The notes under the pieces are model-generated. The model saw only the letters and a program-made list of their open reading frames with translations. It was not told where the DNA came from and made no database searches. Position numbers and translations under genes: made by a program. Positions 16,797 through 31,163 of a stretch of DNA of 64,000 nt are shown here, one piece after another (the first letter of the stretch is position 1; the number at the start of each line of letters is the position of its first letter). The stretch comes from Balamuthia mandrillaris. Its lineage: Eukaryota. The DNA is taken from contig JAVKOQ020000056.1 in the NCBI GenBank assembly GCA_031835245.2, positions 124,001-188,000 on the forward strand. The letters are read 5' to 3'.

Positions 16797-17879
16797 ATGG
16801 AAGGAGCAACCACTTTGACGAGCTCTCCGCGGCTCACGATGACCTCGCCTGCTACGTTTTGTTTTTCATCACCACCCGCCACTGCCTCTTCGTTTTCTAC
16901 CCTTTGGCCCTGCAACAACAACGACAACAATCAAAGCATGACCTTTGCAGTGGGCCAGGTTCGGCCACGAGAGGATGACTGTGATAAAGGTTTTTGCTTT
17001 ACGCCTTCCCCTTCTCTATTCAACACATCATCACATGCAAGTTCCTCTTCGTCTACTTTTTGCTTTTCCCTCAACAACGACCCTCACTGTATAACTTCTT
17101 CCCCGAAGGGTCCTTCGTCCTTCCACACTTCTTCCTTTTCTCCATCTGCCACTTCAAACCCTTTTCTTGCTGCTTCTTCTTCTTTCTGCGACAACACACA
17201 AAACTTTGGAGGCTCTGGCTGTTGGCCTTCCTCCACAACTTCTTTCGGTAGCTACTCCACTACTTCCTTTTCAAACAGCAACAACAACACTTTGATGGAT
17301 GTGATGTCTCCTACCAAGAAGCCTCGTCCTTCTGGTTGGGGTCTCTCACAAAAGGCTCGTCACCAACGAGAAGAAGAAGAGGAAGAGGAGGAAGAAGAAG
17401 CAGGTCCCAGCAGCACACGCAACCATCCTTCCTCTTTTCCTTCCTTGCTCACCCCCTTTTCCTCAAGAAAAAGAGGTTTTATGGTTGAAGAATTGCAGCA
17501 ACAAAAAACGGGAGGAGAGGAGGACAACTCCCGGCCAGGCTCTTCCTTGTTCCCTAACAATGCCAGCAACAACATGCAAGAAGAACTACAACAAGAAGGC
17601 AAGGCTCATGTGCGGAGGAAGCTCATTCATAAGAAGCCCGACGCCAAGGACATTCCCAAGGCCAGGCTTGTTGAGGTTAGGTTCGGCTCCGAGGAGGAGA
17701 CCGTACCCGCCAAGATACTCTACAAGGAGCCTTGGGGCGTGCAGGTCATGTTGTTGGAGAGCAAGGAACACCTCGGCGGTGGCGGGGCCATCAAGGGCAA
17801 ACGCTACTGGGCGAAATTCTCTGGGGCCAACACCCCTGTCGCTAATATCCCCATCCTGGAGGCCATGCACGAGTGTTGA
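16797..17879 (+). CDS. Hypothetical intronless Ser/Phe-rich protein with small globular C-terminal region
   Basis: Long ORF from ATG 16797. Low-complexity N-terminal two thirds, beta-rich-looking last ~75 aa. Confidence 0.6.
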   Translation: MEGATTLTSSPRLTMTSPATFCFSSPPATASSFSTLWPCNNNDNNQSMTFAVGQVRPREDDCDKGFCFTPSPSLFNTSSHASSSSSTFCFSLNNDPHCITSSPKGPSSFHTSSFSPSATSNPFLAASSSFCDNTQNFGGSGCWPSSTTSFGSYSTTSFSNSNNNTLMDVMSPTKKPRPSGWGLSQKARHQREEEEEEEEEEAGPSSTRNHPSSFPSLLTPFSSRKRGFMVEELQQQKTGGEEDNSRPGSSLFPNNASNNMQEELQQEGKAHVRRKLIHKKPDAKDIPKARLVEVRFGSEEETVPAKILYKEPWGVQVMLLESKEHLGGGGAIKGKRYWAKFSGANTPVANIPILEAMHEC

Positions 17880-18298
17880 TGCTAACGGTGTTGTGTGTTG
17901 TACCACTCGTTGCAAATATGACCCCTTGCCGAGTTCTTTAGTTTGTTATTTATCAATCGAAATCACGAAGAACAGTAAGGTTTGTTAGTAAGGGCTGTTG
18001 CAGAGAAGAGAGAGAAGAGAGCGCGCTGGAGAGAGCAAAGGGCAGCTAAACTCTAGCAGAGGGGGAGTGAGAGTACCAATGTCGTCATGAAAAAAGAAGA
18101 GGGTTCCCTCCGAAATTTCGTTTCCCGCCAAAACCACTTTTTTTTTTTGGAGGCGAAAAGGGAGCGCGTAAAGAAAAATAAGAGGGGAGGGAGAAACAAC
18201 GAGGGGAAGAAGACAGAGAGTGAAGAGCAGAGAGAGAGAGAGAGAGAGAGAGAAGCGGGTGGCTTGGTGGTACGTAGTGGGAAAACGCGTGAAGCATC

Positions 18299-21200
18299 AT
18301 GCAACGGCAGAAAAGGACATTGCTGGATGCTGCGGGTAGCGCAGATCCCGCCACTTTTGTACAGTACATTTGCGATAACGTCGGTATCACCTCTCTTTTT
18401 ATTTTTTAAAGCCCTGCATCTTTTTGGTTTGATGCTGAGTTTTTTTTTTCTTCTTCCGTAAAATATGGCGCAAACGTAGTACAAAGGAGAAGCGAATGCT
18501 CTCTCTGAATTGTTACAGCTATTCACAACGAAGGAGTGGCACGCTTTGTGGAAAGGTGTGCACGGTACGCTCGCCCACATTATCGAGGCTGGCTTCGTTC
18601 TTCCTTCCTCCCAACCCGCAGCGGAAGCGGATCGAGGTTCACTCGCTCAAATACCTTGGTGTGTTTTGTCTTTTCTAGGCTCCTTTTCATTGTTACTTTT
18701 TTTTTTCTCTGCTGTCTTCTGTGCATTTCGTTTACCCTTTCAAAAACAATAACATCTGTAGCGATTTGGGAGCAGCTGGTGACAAAGAAGACGACGATGG
18801 AGAAGAAGGAATAACGCAAGACATGGCAGCCGCCACCTTGGAGGACAGCCATTTGGAGGAGGATGAGGAGGACCAGCAGGATAAAAGGGACGCCAAGCTT
18901 GTCGCCCTCATCGGTCTTCAATACATGGAGGCGGTGGTCCCGCTGATTGAATACTTTCTGCAAGACTCGTCCCACAAGAATGCTTCTCCAGACATGCTGC
19001 TTCAAATATTACGCCTTTTTCATGGTTAGTGCTTTTCCTCTTATTCTCTTGTTCTCTTCTCTCAAGAGAATTGTGTTTAGGAAGTACTGAATCAACAGTT
19101 GTTATGCTTTGCGTACAGACAACGTATTTCTGCAAGTTCACACGATGGCAGAAGAGCTTGGTTCCATCGCACCCATTGAAGCAGAGGAAGTGGAAGGGAA
19201 AGCCATGATGCAACAACTCTTGTTTGGACTCTCCCATTCAATCTGCAACATATGCGAGATGTGGTGGAAGCAAGAGCGCCCTGACAAAGAAGTACTGGTA
19301 CCACACACCATTCTCTTCCTGCTTGCCAATGCCTTGGATGAGGGGGGCAAAGCTGCCGATGTAAAGCGTCTCTATGAGTTTAGAGCCTCGCTCCTTCTGC
19401 TCGATTTTCAAGACGAGGAAAGGTAACTAACTATGCTTTTCCTCCTATTCTTCACACGGCCAAACACAATGTTAACGTTTTAATATCACCGTGTTGTCGA
19501 CAGCTCCCTGACGTTGAAGAGACTGTTGCTGCAAAGTGCGATGCACCCACTGTTCCTTCACACGGCGGATGGCAAAAAGTTTTTGGTGTATTTGTTTGGA
19601 CTTTACCCTCCGTTCATTGACGATCTACACGCCACTATCAAGGCTCAGCTTTTCTCTAGTAACAAAACGATGCTTAAGGCGTATGGCGAAGTCTATTTCA
19701 AGGCGTGGCGATCTGCTGAGGGCGCTTATAAGCTTAAACTTGGTACTTTCCTGGGTTTCTTTTATTGTCTGTTATTGGCTCCTTGTAACGTTTTGGTTGT
19801 TTGCTTTGATGAACTACATAGAGTATGATTGCATCCAAGACCTTATGTCAAATGCTATTCACCTGCAAAATGAAACGTTGTTGGGTGCCATTAGAAGGAT
19901 TCTAAGCTGTTTCCACCAAGAAAAGAAGCAGCGTGGCGTATGCTTTCTTTCTTTCTTAGGCATCTCTTTGCTTGCTTGCGTCCTAACCTACATTCATCTT
20001 AACAGGTGGACGAAATGTTGCTTCGTTTGTACGAACCAATTCTTTGGCGCTCGCTTAAAGTGGCCAACACTCTTGTAAGACGCAATGCAGCACTATTGCT
20101 GTTCGAAGCGTTCCCGATCCAAGACCCAGACAGCCCCGCCAGAGAAGTGGACGAGCAGCTGCAAAAACAGTTTGAGGTGCTGGCGGAGCTGATGCACGAT
20201 CCAGCGGCGGAGGTACGCTGTGTGGCAGCTCAGGGTGTTTGCCGCATCTTGGGAGTGTTTTGGGAGCTCATCCCACTGGCCACAACTCGTGCTCTGTTGG
20301 GAAGCCTCATCAACGAGCTGGCCAGAGACAAGAGTTCCAGCGCCGTTCGAGCAGCTGTCTTTGAAGGTCTTCGCTTCTTGCTGGACAATCACTTGTGCCA
20401 CCCCACTCTCAAGACACTGCTGCCACAGTTGGCCAATCTCATTCACGACAACAGCGAGCGCGTTCGTGGAGCATTTCTCTCTTTGTTATGCGATATTAAG
20501 CAGCTGCGGTCTATACGATTTTATGAGGTGGTCCCTCTGGAGCAACTCCTCGCTCGACTGCCGTTAGAGGCAGTCAGCCATCCTAACGGTCCTCTCGTCA
20601 AGCGCCTTTGTCAGCTTCTTTTGAATTCATACTTTCCCGTTGAGAGAAAGCCTTCCGTTCAGGTCAGTTGTCTTCTGGTATCTTTTTTTTTCACCTTAAA
20701 TGTTTATGTCCGTTCTCACCCTTTTTATTCGGACTTGATACCAAAGGCGAAGCGCTGCGTGGTGCTGCTGCAATGTAATGCGGAAGCAGGACGCGCCTTT
20801 TATTCCAACATACACCATTTTGTGGCTGTCGGCCCGCTCAGCAAATTCGTGGTAACGCTTTATCGTCTCCTTTGCAAGTTTTCTCAAAGGAAGGTTGCCA
20901 AGGAGAACAATGGCCGGCTTGACAAGCGAAGACCAAGAGCCAAGTCTACTAAAGCAGCTGAGACGGAGGAAGGAGTTAATGAAGAAGGAGAACAAGAACA
21001 AGAGGAGGAATTGACAGAACAACTACTTGAAAGCGTGTTGGAGGTGATATGCATCGTATGGGAAGCAATAGCTCCCCTTCTCAAGAAGAAGGAAAATAGG
21101 GGTGCAAAAGACTATCTCTATCAACACTTTCAGGACACTGCATTAGAACAAATAGCGGTCTCGTTGGAGAGCAGCAACGATTGTTCTGTGAGAACACAAG

Positions 21201-23346
21201 AACTGCTACTGCGTCTCGCTGCCCATCTTCCTAAAACGACTATCCCTCAATTCAGTTCCTACTGCGAAAGTCAGCTTGAACTTGTACTGTTCTCTCTCTC
21301 TTTCTCTCTCTCTCTCTCTTTCGCTACTAAACATATATATTCACAGGTGAATGTAGGAGCTCCAGCAATGGAGTATGCACCATTGTTGCGATGCATGTTT
21401 GCTTGGCAACAACAGCACCAAGTGTTACAGCTGATCCACGAGTGGCTGCAATCATGCGAGGAGGTGGGCCACGATGACGATGACGAAGAAACTCCGTTGG
21501 CGCAAAGAAAGCCTTTGGTCGCGCTTCAGCTGTTGAATTGTTTGTTGCAAAAGGAGAGCACGAGGCAAATCATGTTCCCTATTAGTGACAAAGCAACCAT
21601 CCTCACCAACTCTCCATCAGAAGCCATCGACAACATTGTTTCGGATTTGAAGCAATACTGGAAAGCGTTCCGCAGGCAACTAACTCATTCATTGTCAGCT
21701 GGCAACGACGAAGACGATGCAGAAGCGGATAGACAGTACGGTCTTTTACCGCTCTTGTCGCTGCCTGTTCTGTGCCGAATGTTATTGCATATGGCTGGCT
21801 CTGCTCGTGGCAGGTTGGAAGCCCTCGAAGCAGCGCATTGCCGGAATGCCAACAACAAGAAACAGAAGCAGGCGAACAAAAAGGTTACGAAGAAGCAGCG
21901 CAAACAACGAAAAACAGCCAACAAGAAGAACAAACGGAAGCAAGATGAAAATGAGGCTAGTAACAGTGAACACGAAAATGAAGAGGCTAAAGGAGAGGAA
22001 GAGCCAGATGAAGAAGGTGCGCAAATGTTGGTGGAACAAGCAACAGTATGGAAGGAGAAAGCTCTCTCCGTCTTTGCAAAGATGTTGGAATGGACTTTAG
22101 AAACAGTTCTTCCTGCCTACCCTCAAAACAACAATTTAAATAGTGACGACGACCATGAACACAACGAAAACGATAGTGATGGGGAGGCCGCTATGCGACC
22201 AGCCACTAGCGACAATAGCGACGACGATGATGTTGACGACAGTAACAGAGCTAAGCGACGCAGAAGACACAAAAACAGGAATAACATACTGGGAGAGGAT
22301 GGCAATGGAAGTGAGGGAGAGGACTTTGCAACGATGGATTGTGTAACAGAGAATGTAGGCATTATTGCCATCGAGTTGGTAGCTTTTGGGTTGTGCGACG
22401 ACAGCACCACCTCTCAGATCACTGAGTTTGTCAAGGGCTTGCTTGTTGTAAAACGTGCGACTCTCCTCTCCTCTGCTCTGCTCTGCTCTCCTCTTGTCTC
22501 TCATCAACTTAATGAACAGGAGAAAGCTTTGTCTCATCGCTGGCGGTACCATTAGCCGGTCGTCTTTTGTATCACCTCTACCACAAAGGCAGCCACGAAA
22601 CACAAGCAACCATTCTTCTCATCCACATGCTGAAGTCGCCTCTTCCCAAGTCGGCACTACCGCAAGTGGGGGTTATACTTGGCGAGATATTTGGGCTGTT
22701 GCATCACCGTGGAACACTCTCCACCAGTCTTCTCTCTCCCCTGCTCAAGGAGGCCCTCCTTCCGTCCATTAGCTCTCCCTACACCACCAAACCTGGCGGT
22801 TCTGCCCGTTCCTGCAATTCGTTGGCAAGCAGCATCTCCCATCTGCGCCCCAAAGCGGCATTTATGTTGTCTACTATGATGCGATCAGGGCATGTGTTGG
22901 CTGCGCTTGCGGACTCGTTGGAACTGTTGGTTGCAGCAACTGCTGTGCCTTCATCACAAGAATCCCACGACCAAGAAGACGGTGACGATGAAGACCGCAA
23001 TGAAGAAGAACAAAAGCTGACATGCTTCTGGAAGATACTGGAGGTTGTTTCCGTGTTGGTGCATCAAGATGCTGTCGAGGAAGAACCACAACAAGATGCA
23101 ACGGGAAGGAGAGCCCGTGGTGGCAGGTGGAAGAGAAGGCAGGCCGCGTGCACTGCTGTACAGAACTGTTTGAGCGGCATTATGGCCAAGTTTGCGTTTC
23201 TTGGTGGAGTGGCAGCTAACAACGGATTGGTGGACGAAGGTGAAGAGAACCAACATTATTACGATGGAGATAAGCTCTCTGCTGGGATGATCCGAAGGCT
23301 GGCTAATCAGCTGTCCCAAGAGTGTAATCGTGTACTTATGGTCTAA
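18299..23346 (+). CDS. NCAPG2: Condensin II complex subunit G2 (HEAT-repeat), multi-exon
   Basis: DEMLLRLYEPILWRSLKVANTLVRRNAALLLFEAFPIQDP, KQFEVLAELMHDP, LARDKSSSAVRAAVFEGL..LLDNHLCHP, LHDNSERVR.AF, CEMWWKQ. Confidence 0.92.
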
Positions 23347-23418
23347 GAAATGAACGTTTATCAAGCAGAAGTTTATTTAGGCGGACAAAAAAAATCTAAG
23401 ACAGCAGCCAAAAAGTTT

Positions 23419-25025
23419 TTAGTGAAGTTCATGAAGGGAGCGTTTGCCGATGGCGAAGGAGTGGAAACCAATCTCTTTGAGGGCAGCCTGGTCGAGAATG
23501 TTACGTCCGTCGAACATAAAGGCGGGCTTCTTCATGCCCTCATAGATTTGACCGTAGTCATAGGTCTTGAACTCGTCCCACTCAGTGCAAACGACAATGG
23601 CGTGTGCGTCCTTGGTGGCCTCGATGGCATGGCTAGGGCTGTCGTTGTCCACTACCACGCATGACGGGAACAGGGCCTTAATGTCCGTCTCAAGCACCTT
23701 GGGGTCGTAGATGTAAAGGCTGGCTCCTTCCTCTGATAGGAAGCGGCAGATGTCGATGGCGGGAGACTCACGGATGTCACCCGTGTCCTTCTTGAAAGCA
23801 AAGCCCAGGACCACAATCTTCTTCCTTCTGAGAGTGCCAAACATGTGTTTCAAGATCCTCTCTCCGAATCGTCTCTTTTGGTACTCGTTCATGTGGATGA
23901 CTTGCCTAAAGTACTCTGCAGCCTCGTGCAGGTGAAAGTTCTCGCAAAGGTAGATGAGACCGTTGAGGTCTTTCTTGAAGCAGGAGCCACCCCATCCGAC
24001 GGAGGTCTTCAGAAACTTGGGACCAACCCTCGTATCAGTTCCTACTACATGCGCTACCTCATCGATGTCTGCTCCAGTAGCTTCGCACACTGCTGACAAT
24101 GCGTTGATGGATGAGATCCTACAACAATGCAAAGTATTAGCATTTCAACGACTCTCCTCTCACTAAGATGGCAAGTTACCTTTGTGCCAGGAAAGCGTTA
24201 GCAGCCAACTTGGCCAATTCAGAGGACCAAAGGTTGGTAGTAAGAATCTTGGCCTTGGGAATCCAGTGCTCATAGAGCCAGGACACACGTTCAATGGCGT
24301 ACCGACCATTTTCCGTGGAAGCATCTCCTCCGATGAGCACACGGTCTGGGTCAGTCAAGTTCAAAACAGCAGAGCCCTCTGCCAAAAACTCGGGGTTGGA
24401 TATCACTTGGAACTCCGTCTTCGTAGACTTGCGGCTGGCATACAAAATGCTGCGAACGTGCTCCGCGGTGCACACTGCGCAACACAACCGCTAGTTAATA
24501 AACCGTGATATGAGGGTGAAGGAGTGGGCGGATGAATGGAAGTAGATCCAGCGCAATTTTGATTTGTTTTGTTGGGGGAGAGGAGGGAGAGGGAGAGGGA
24601 GAGAAAGTACCAGGGACAGTAGATTTTTCAACGATAATGTAAAGACGCTCCTGGTCGGCACTCCTGGCGATGGAACGAGCGACAGCCTCCCAAGCGGTGA
24701 GGTCGTAGGCGCGTCCAGCACCGTAGCCGAATTCCTTTGTTCCGGTGTTGACAGCGATGAAAATGACTTCAGCCTCTCGTATTTCCTGCTCCCTGTGTTC
24801 GCAAGTGAAGAAAAGGTTTTTGCCGCGCACTTCCTCCACGATCTCCTGCAAGCGTGGTTCGTAGATGGGAAGAGTAGGAGAGTTCCATGCGTTGATGCGC
24901 TCCTGGTCAATGTCAACCACCGAAACTCGGCAGTCAGAGCACTTTTGGGCGAGGATGGGCGCTGTGGTACCGCCCACATAGCCAGCTCCGATGCAGCACA
25001 CGCGGGACGACCAAGATTCAGACAT
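23419..25025 (-). CDS. UGDH: UDP-glucose 6-dehydrogenase (3 exons)
   Basis: [77 protein letters not shown]. Confidence 0.97.
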
Positions 25026-25814
25026 TGTTGTGTGTTGTGAGTGTGGTGGTGGTGGTGGTTTTCTGTGTGTATTATTTGTAAGAAGAAAAAAAAAAGGTTT
25101 TTAGCGTAACAAAAAAACAAAAGTGCAACAAACGACTACCGCCCCCCCAACGCACCCCCCCAAAAACAAAAACAAAAACAAAAGTGACAGCACGCCAAAT
25201 ATGTCTCTCACACACGCACACGCGCTGACGCCGCCCCAACCACCGCCGCCGCCACTTCAAAGCAGCAGCAGCAGCACCTGTCTGTCAATTGACAAACAGC
25301 TTGTCACGCGTGTGTGTGGGATCACGGGATAGAGCACCCCTCCTCTAACAAACAACAAAAACAAAAACAAAAACAAATGCCAAACATACGAACCGGTAGC
25401 GGACAAGGGGTTCAACAAAAAAACCTGTCAGGGGCTTGTTTGTTTGTGAGCGTTGTGTTGGCAAAAGAGAAAAAGAAAGAAAAAGAGAAAATAAATAATA
25501 ACTGGCCGTTACCTTATTTAGGACTTGCACGATCCCTCTCTTCTCTTTGAATGGCCATTGGCCGGCCAAACGCAGATGTTCTTTCTTTGGGTTGCCATTT
25601 CCTCGTCTTTCCCTTGAAAATGCAACCCAAGGCATACCTTCATTAGCGCCCCCATCCTTTTTTTTTGTTCCATCGGATAGAGGATGGAACAGTTGGGGCA
25701 TCGTTGGTGCACATGGCATTGGCAGGTGCCGCCAAGACCGTCAAAAGAAAACAACCATCTAGAAAACAATTCTACAAATAGAAAAATATGGACAGGAGAA
25801 AAAGAGCAGAGAGA

Positions 25815-25892
25815 GAAGAAGAAGAAGGAAGAAGAAGAAGAACAAGAAGAAGAAGAAGAAGAAGAAGAAGAAGAAGAAGAAGAAGAAGAAAA
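25815..25892. repeat. (GAA)n microsatellite
   Basis: Directly visible, in the 3' flank of the Cys-repeat gene. Confidence 0.9.
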
Positions 25893-25912
25893 TGCAACAA
25901 AAAAATACTACA

Positions 25913-28900
25913 TTAAAAATTGTACTCGCGGCTGGTATTAGCCAAACCGAAGTTAGCGCTGAGGCGCGTCGTGAGCCGGTTTTGAATGCGACGCCGACGG
26001 GCGTGCATGTAGCCTAAACCAGCCGCAGAGACCAGAAGAGTCAGCAGGAATACGCCTCCTCCAACAGCAGCACCAACGATAGCAAGATTATTATTGCTGG
26101 AGTCTTGTTGGCCATCTTCGGAAGCAGCGAATGGCCTTCCCACGAGCAGGGTGATCCTGGAGGGACCTTCTCCAGGAGGGATGGACAGGTCCTTCGCTGT
26201 GATACGGATACTGTCAAACACAAGGGTGAAGGTAACAGGCCTGATGGTGGAGGAACCATTCGAGAAGGTTTGATTGATGTAGAGAGGAGTGCTCTCGTTG
26301 ATGTTGGGAAACATCCTTGTCGGCAGAGTCCAAGTCATATTGGCTGATGGTTGGTTGTTGGGGTGGTTGTTGTCCAGCGGAACGATGGAGATAAAGATGG
26401 AGGGTACCAATGGTATGTTGTTGTCCTGTGCAATGGGCTCTTCGTTGGGAGGAACGTCTCGAATCTGAAGGACAGAAGGGCTCGTGATATTGTTCACCGA
26501 CAACATGGTGTTGGAGTAGTTGTGCTCTTCGTCACGGATGTCCACGCTCAAGTCGGAAGGAGATGCAGGGGAAGCGTCTTCTACAACCACATCCGTATCC
26601 ACCGTTCTGATGGTGTGAGGGGCGCTCGGGCATTGTTGCGGGGAGGTGGTGCATACTCCGGTGAGACAAAGGGTGCCAATGCCACTATCCCCAACCATTG
26701 CGCAGAAGCACTCTTGGGTGGTGGCACGGCAGGCTCCTGTCTGGCATCGACAAGGCCTGTCTTGAGGGCACCCATTGATATTCGCATTGCACTCACATGC
26801 AGAGGAAGAGAAGCACAAGCCTCCAGGACATAGCCACCCTCCTCCCAATGCACACGTTGATACCATAGGGGTTGTTTGTCCTCCACCGTTGCTACTACTG
26901 GAAGAGGAGGAAGAGGAATCAGGAGTGGAGGGTTCAACAGGCATAAGGCGGCATCGGGAACCACTGGAGGTGATTTCTCTAGCATAGCCTGGTGGACAGT
27001 AGCACCCACAGAGACCAGCAACAATGCGGAGGCTCTCCCCCGGAGCACAAAGAGGACATCGACAGTTACTCTGCACACAGATGCCAGCCGGTAACCCATC
27101 GTCACAGTTCTCGTTGTGCTCATCATCTACCACACCATCTCCACACCGCGGCAGGCGACAATCAGTGCGGCATCGATTTTCCTCGGTATTGCTGTTGAGG
27201 ACGCCCTCGTCGCACTGTTCTCTGCGGTCCGTGACGCCATCGCCGCAAGTGGCATTCTTGCAGTTGGTTCGACAGGCGTCTGGCTCCACGTTGCTTAATA
27301 AAGCCGCTCCTGGATCGCATTCCTCGTTGTAATATTCGTCGGCGTCATCTACAACACCATCCCCACAGATAGGAATCCGGCAGTCGCTGCGACAGGCGTT
27401 ACCCGTAGTGTTACTGTTGTTGACCCCGTCGTCACATGTCTCCCCGTACTGGTCATCCACAACACCATCCCCACATCTCGGTAACGAGCACTCTGCGCGA
27501 CAGGCATTGGGTAAGTCGTTCCTGTTATTCTCCGCTCCGTTGTCACACTCCTCACTGCTATCCACAACACCATCTCCACATTTTGGAGCCTGGCAGGCGG
27601 TCCTACAGGCGTCTGGTTCAACGTCACTTCTTGCAGTACCAGTATCGCATTCTTCACCATACTTGGTGCTACCATCCACTACTCCATCCCCACAAAAGGG
27701 AAGAAGGCAGTTCAGGCGGCAGGTGTTGGGTTTTGTATTGCTACGCTTGTTGCCGTTGTCACATTCCTCACCCGAGTCCTTGATGTCATCTCCGCAGTAG
27801 GGGAGCTTGCAGGTCAAACGACAGGTGTCCGCCAACTTTCCGTTGGCAGGACCGTTATCGCATTGCTCGCCGCTGTCTTTCACGCTGTCACCACAGCTAG
27901 CCTTCTTGCAAGTGGTTCTGCACGCGTCTGGCTTTGTGTTGCTGTTGGCACCACCATCATCACACTCCTCTTCTGCGTCAATCACTCCATCACCACAGCG
28001 GGGCAGCGTGCAATCCGTTCGACAGGCATCTGGCTCGCTGTTGCTGTTCAATATGGTTCCCCTGTCACACTGTTCTCCGTTGTCCCTGACTCCATCTCCG
28101 CAGAAGGCTTCTTTGCAGTTGCTGCGGCAAGCATTCGCCACCATGTCGCTGAGCAGCTCTCCAGTGTCACACTCTTCATCATTGCCATTGTCCACAACTC
28201 CATCTCCGCAAGAAGGTAGCTTGCAGTCGGTACGACAGGCATTAGCTTCTTCGTCAGAATTCGCATCCCCTTTGTCACACTCCTCTCCTCGGCCATTGTC
28301 TATCACACCATCTCCGCACGAGGGAAGCTTGCAGTCGGTACGGCAGGCATCGCTATTGGAGTCACTGTTGGTGGCTCCGTTGTCACAGTCCTCGCCTGCA
28401 TCCACCACCCCATCGCCACAGCTGGGCAACAGACAGGTAGTCCTACAAGCATTGGGTAAGTCATCACTGTTGTGTGCTCCATCGTCACATTGCTCTCCCG
28501 AATTGACTTGTCCATCACCACACGCGGCAAGCATACAGGCGGTACTGCATTCACCCACTCCATTTTGAGCTCCTTCGTCACATTGTTCTCCATTGTCCTG
28601 AACCTCGTCTCCGCACCTGGGATTGGTGCAGTCCATGCGACAGGCATTGGCTCTTGTGTTGCTTCGATCATTGCCAGTATCACACTCTTCGTCACCATTG
28701 ATGACACCGTCACCACAACGAGGCAGAGTGCAGTCTGTTCTGCATGCAGCTTGGGCTGTGTTGGCATTTGCTGCACCTTGGTCACACTGCTCGTCATTGT
28801 CCTGGACGCCATCTCCACAACTTGGCAGGTGACAGGTCAAGCGACAAGCATTGGCTACAGTGTTGCTACGGTTGGGGCCTGTATCACATTGCTCTCCAGT

Positions 28901-31163
28901 GTCCTTGATGCCATCTCCACAGGTGGGAAGCTGGCAGTTGGTCCTACACTGATTGGGGAGGTTGGCAGTAGCTGCTGTGTCACACTGTTCTCCGCTGTCC
29001 TTGACGCCATCCCCACAGGTGGGCTGGCGGCAGTCAGGACGACAGGAATCGGGCAACAGGCTGCGGTTGGATCCGGTGTCACATTGTTCTCCGTTGTCCT
29101 TGACGCCATCCCCACACCTTGCTGCCTGGCAGTTTTCACGGCACGCGTCGGGAAGGCTGTTGTCGTTGTTCTCCCCCGCGTCGCACTGCTCCCCTGTGTC
29201 CACGATACCATCCCCGCAAGTAGGCGACGTGCAGTCTGTGCGGCACGCATCCTTAGTGCCGCTGTTATCGGGGCCGTTATCACACTCTTCAAAGCTGTCT
29301 TTCACACCGTCGCCGCAGGTGGGCAGCACGCAGGTCCCAGGTCGGCACATATTAGGGGACCATGCGTTCAGAACCCCGTTATCGCACTGTTCGCTGTCGT
29401 CCTTGATGCCGTCTCCACATGTTGGATTTGTGCAGCTCGTACGACAAGCGTTGGCCTTAGAGTCGCTGAGAGCTACCCCTGTGTCACACTGCTCATCACC
29501 GTTCACCACTCCATCACCGCAATAGGGAAGTTTGCAAGTAGTTCTGCACGTTCCTTCTGGTGTATCACTGTTATTCTCAGTACCCAGGTCGCATTGCTCT
29601 CCGCTGTCCACAACACCATCTCCGCACCGGGCGTTGGTGCAGTCCTCACGGCAGGCATTGGCTTGGCTGTTGCTGTTAGCAGCACCGTTGTCGCACTCCT
29701 CTCCAGACTCTAATATGCCGTTTCCGCAGGCACCCAAATCAACGGGGGTGTACAAGCGACCGGTCAGATGGTAGCCTGGCGGTGAGCTATACACTCCCGC
29801 CCCGTTCCAAGACACAAAGAAATTGCCATCTTGCAGAAGGATGGCCTTGAGGCCTCTAATCTCGCTGGGAGTAAACTGTGCCAGCTGCTTGAAGTGAATA
29901 GAGGAGGTGGGCTGCAAGGTGAAGGTATCGTAGTTGATATGATAGACCCGGCCAGTCACCCGCCAAGGATTCTTTCTGAGGTCGTTCTCTCGCACGCCTA
30001 TCCAAAATAGCAGCACACGGGGGTTCGCTCCATGCGGCACGTGCAGCCCCATCGGCTCGTAGCAATTCTCGTGCCCGTCCTTGTCCGAGTCGGCTTGCAC
30101 CCGCCCTCCAATCCATGCCAGTCCGTGGGAATTTAGCTCTAACCCTCTGTACCATGCTTCGCGATACCACTCGTTGGTGTAGCCACCCTGGTTCCATAAT
30201 ATGAACGCTTTGGTAGAGCTGATGGGGAGCAATCCTGGGTCCCTCTATAGTGTGAGTCAACGAATATCAGCACATCTGAGTTCATGAACTGCGCCTCAAA
30301 GCCACAGACATGCATACCTGACCCTGATTAGCGCTCTCCCTAGCCCTAATAAATTGGTCGGAAAAGGTATGTGCAACCCAGTGGACCTTTTGTTCGTTGT
30401 CTTCCTTGTCCAGATGTTCGTAGAAGGCGATCAAATGACCTCCCACAAGCTCCGTGCTAAAGGAGTAGTTGCCTCGGCGTCCCATCCAATCCTGATCGTA
30501 CCAGGAACCGCCTATACATTGGGTGAACGTTGCGTCAAATTTGCACTGGTGGACGACTGGAATGACTCTGGCCGGGTCCATTGGGTCCGTCGTATGACAG
30601 CGATACGCAATGCGGTAGGTGCCTGCAATGTTCTCTTTGCCCACTGCTTCCACCTCGCACTTGCCTTGTTGACCTGGCATCACCATCTCGGACTTGGAGA
30701 GCGTCAGATCCTCATTTAAAATTGCTCCCATGATGATTGGTGCTTGATGAGGAGCGCCACTCCAAGCTTGGTAGTAAGTAAAAAGGATAAGCCATTTTCC
30801 ATTGGACATCTGCAGCCCAGCCATCCCGCCCACTCCTCTCACATGCCCCATCGTCGCGTCCGTAGACATTGGGGCGGTGCTCATGTCATCTCTTTGGTTC
30901 ACTCGCACAGCCGAGCCAAGCTCTTCGACTTGTGCTCCATATTGTTGTGCAAAGAGCTGGAAGGCTCCACTCTGCAACCCATAGTAAAGAGCCAAGAAAC
31001 CGTTATGGTCATTGCGGGCCAATATGGTGCCGTACCCTCCGTTCGGTCCGTCAAGTCGCATCTCTCCGCCTGCCGGGTGGTATAGCTGGTCGGGGTCTTG
31101 TGCCTTGGCTTGGGTCGACCATCCCGCCAACAGTAGTGCTAGCAGGAGCATCGCTGAAATCAT
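25913..31163 (-). CDS. Large type I membrane surface protein with ~26 CGDG-x-EQCD Cys-rich (Myxococcus-type / DUF4215-like) repeats
   Basis: Signal peptide MISAMLLLALLLAGWSTQAKA (ATG 31163), one intron ~30249-30318, tandem ~33-aa CGDG..E.CD.G..N....C...C repeats, TM helix AIVGAAVGGGVFLLTLLVSAAGLGYM and basic stop-transfer RRRR. Confidence 0.9.

Noticed and set aside
26105..29774. Long plus-strand ORFs over the Cys-repeat gene
   Set aside because: Antisense shadows of a repetitive coding sequence.
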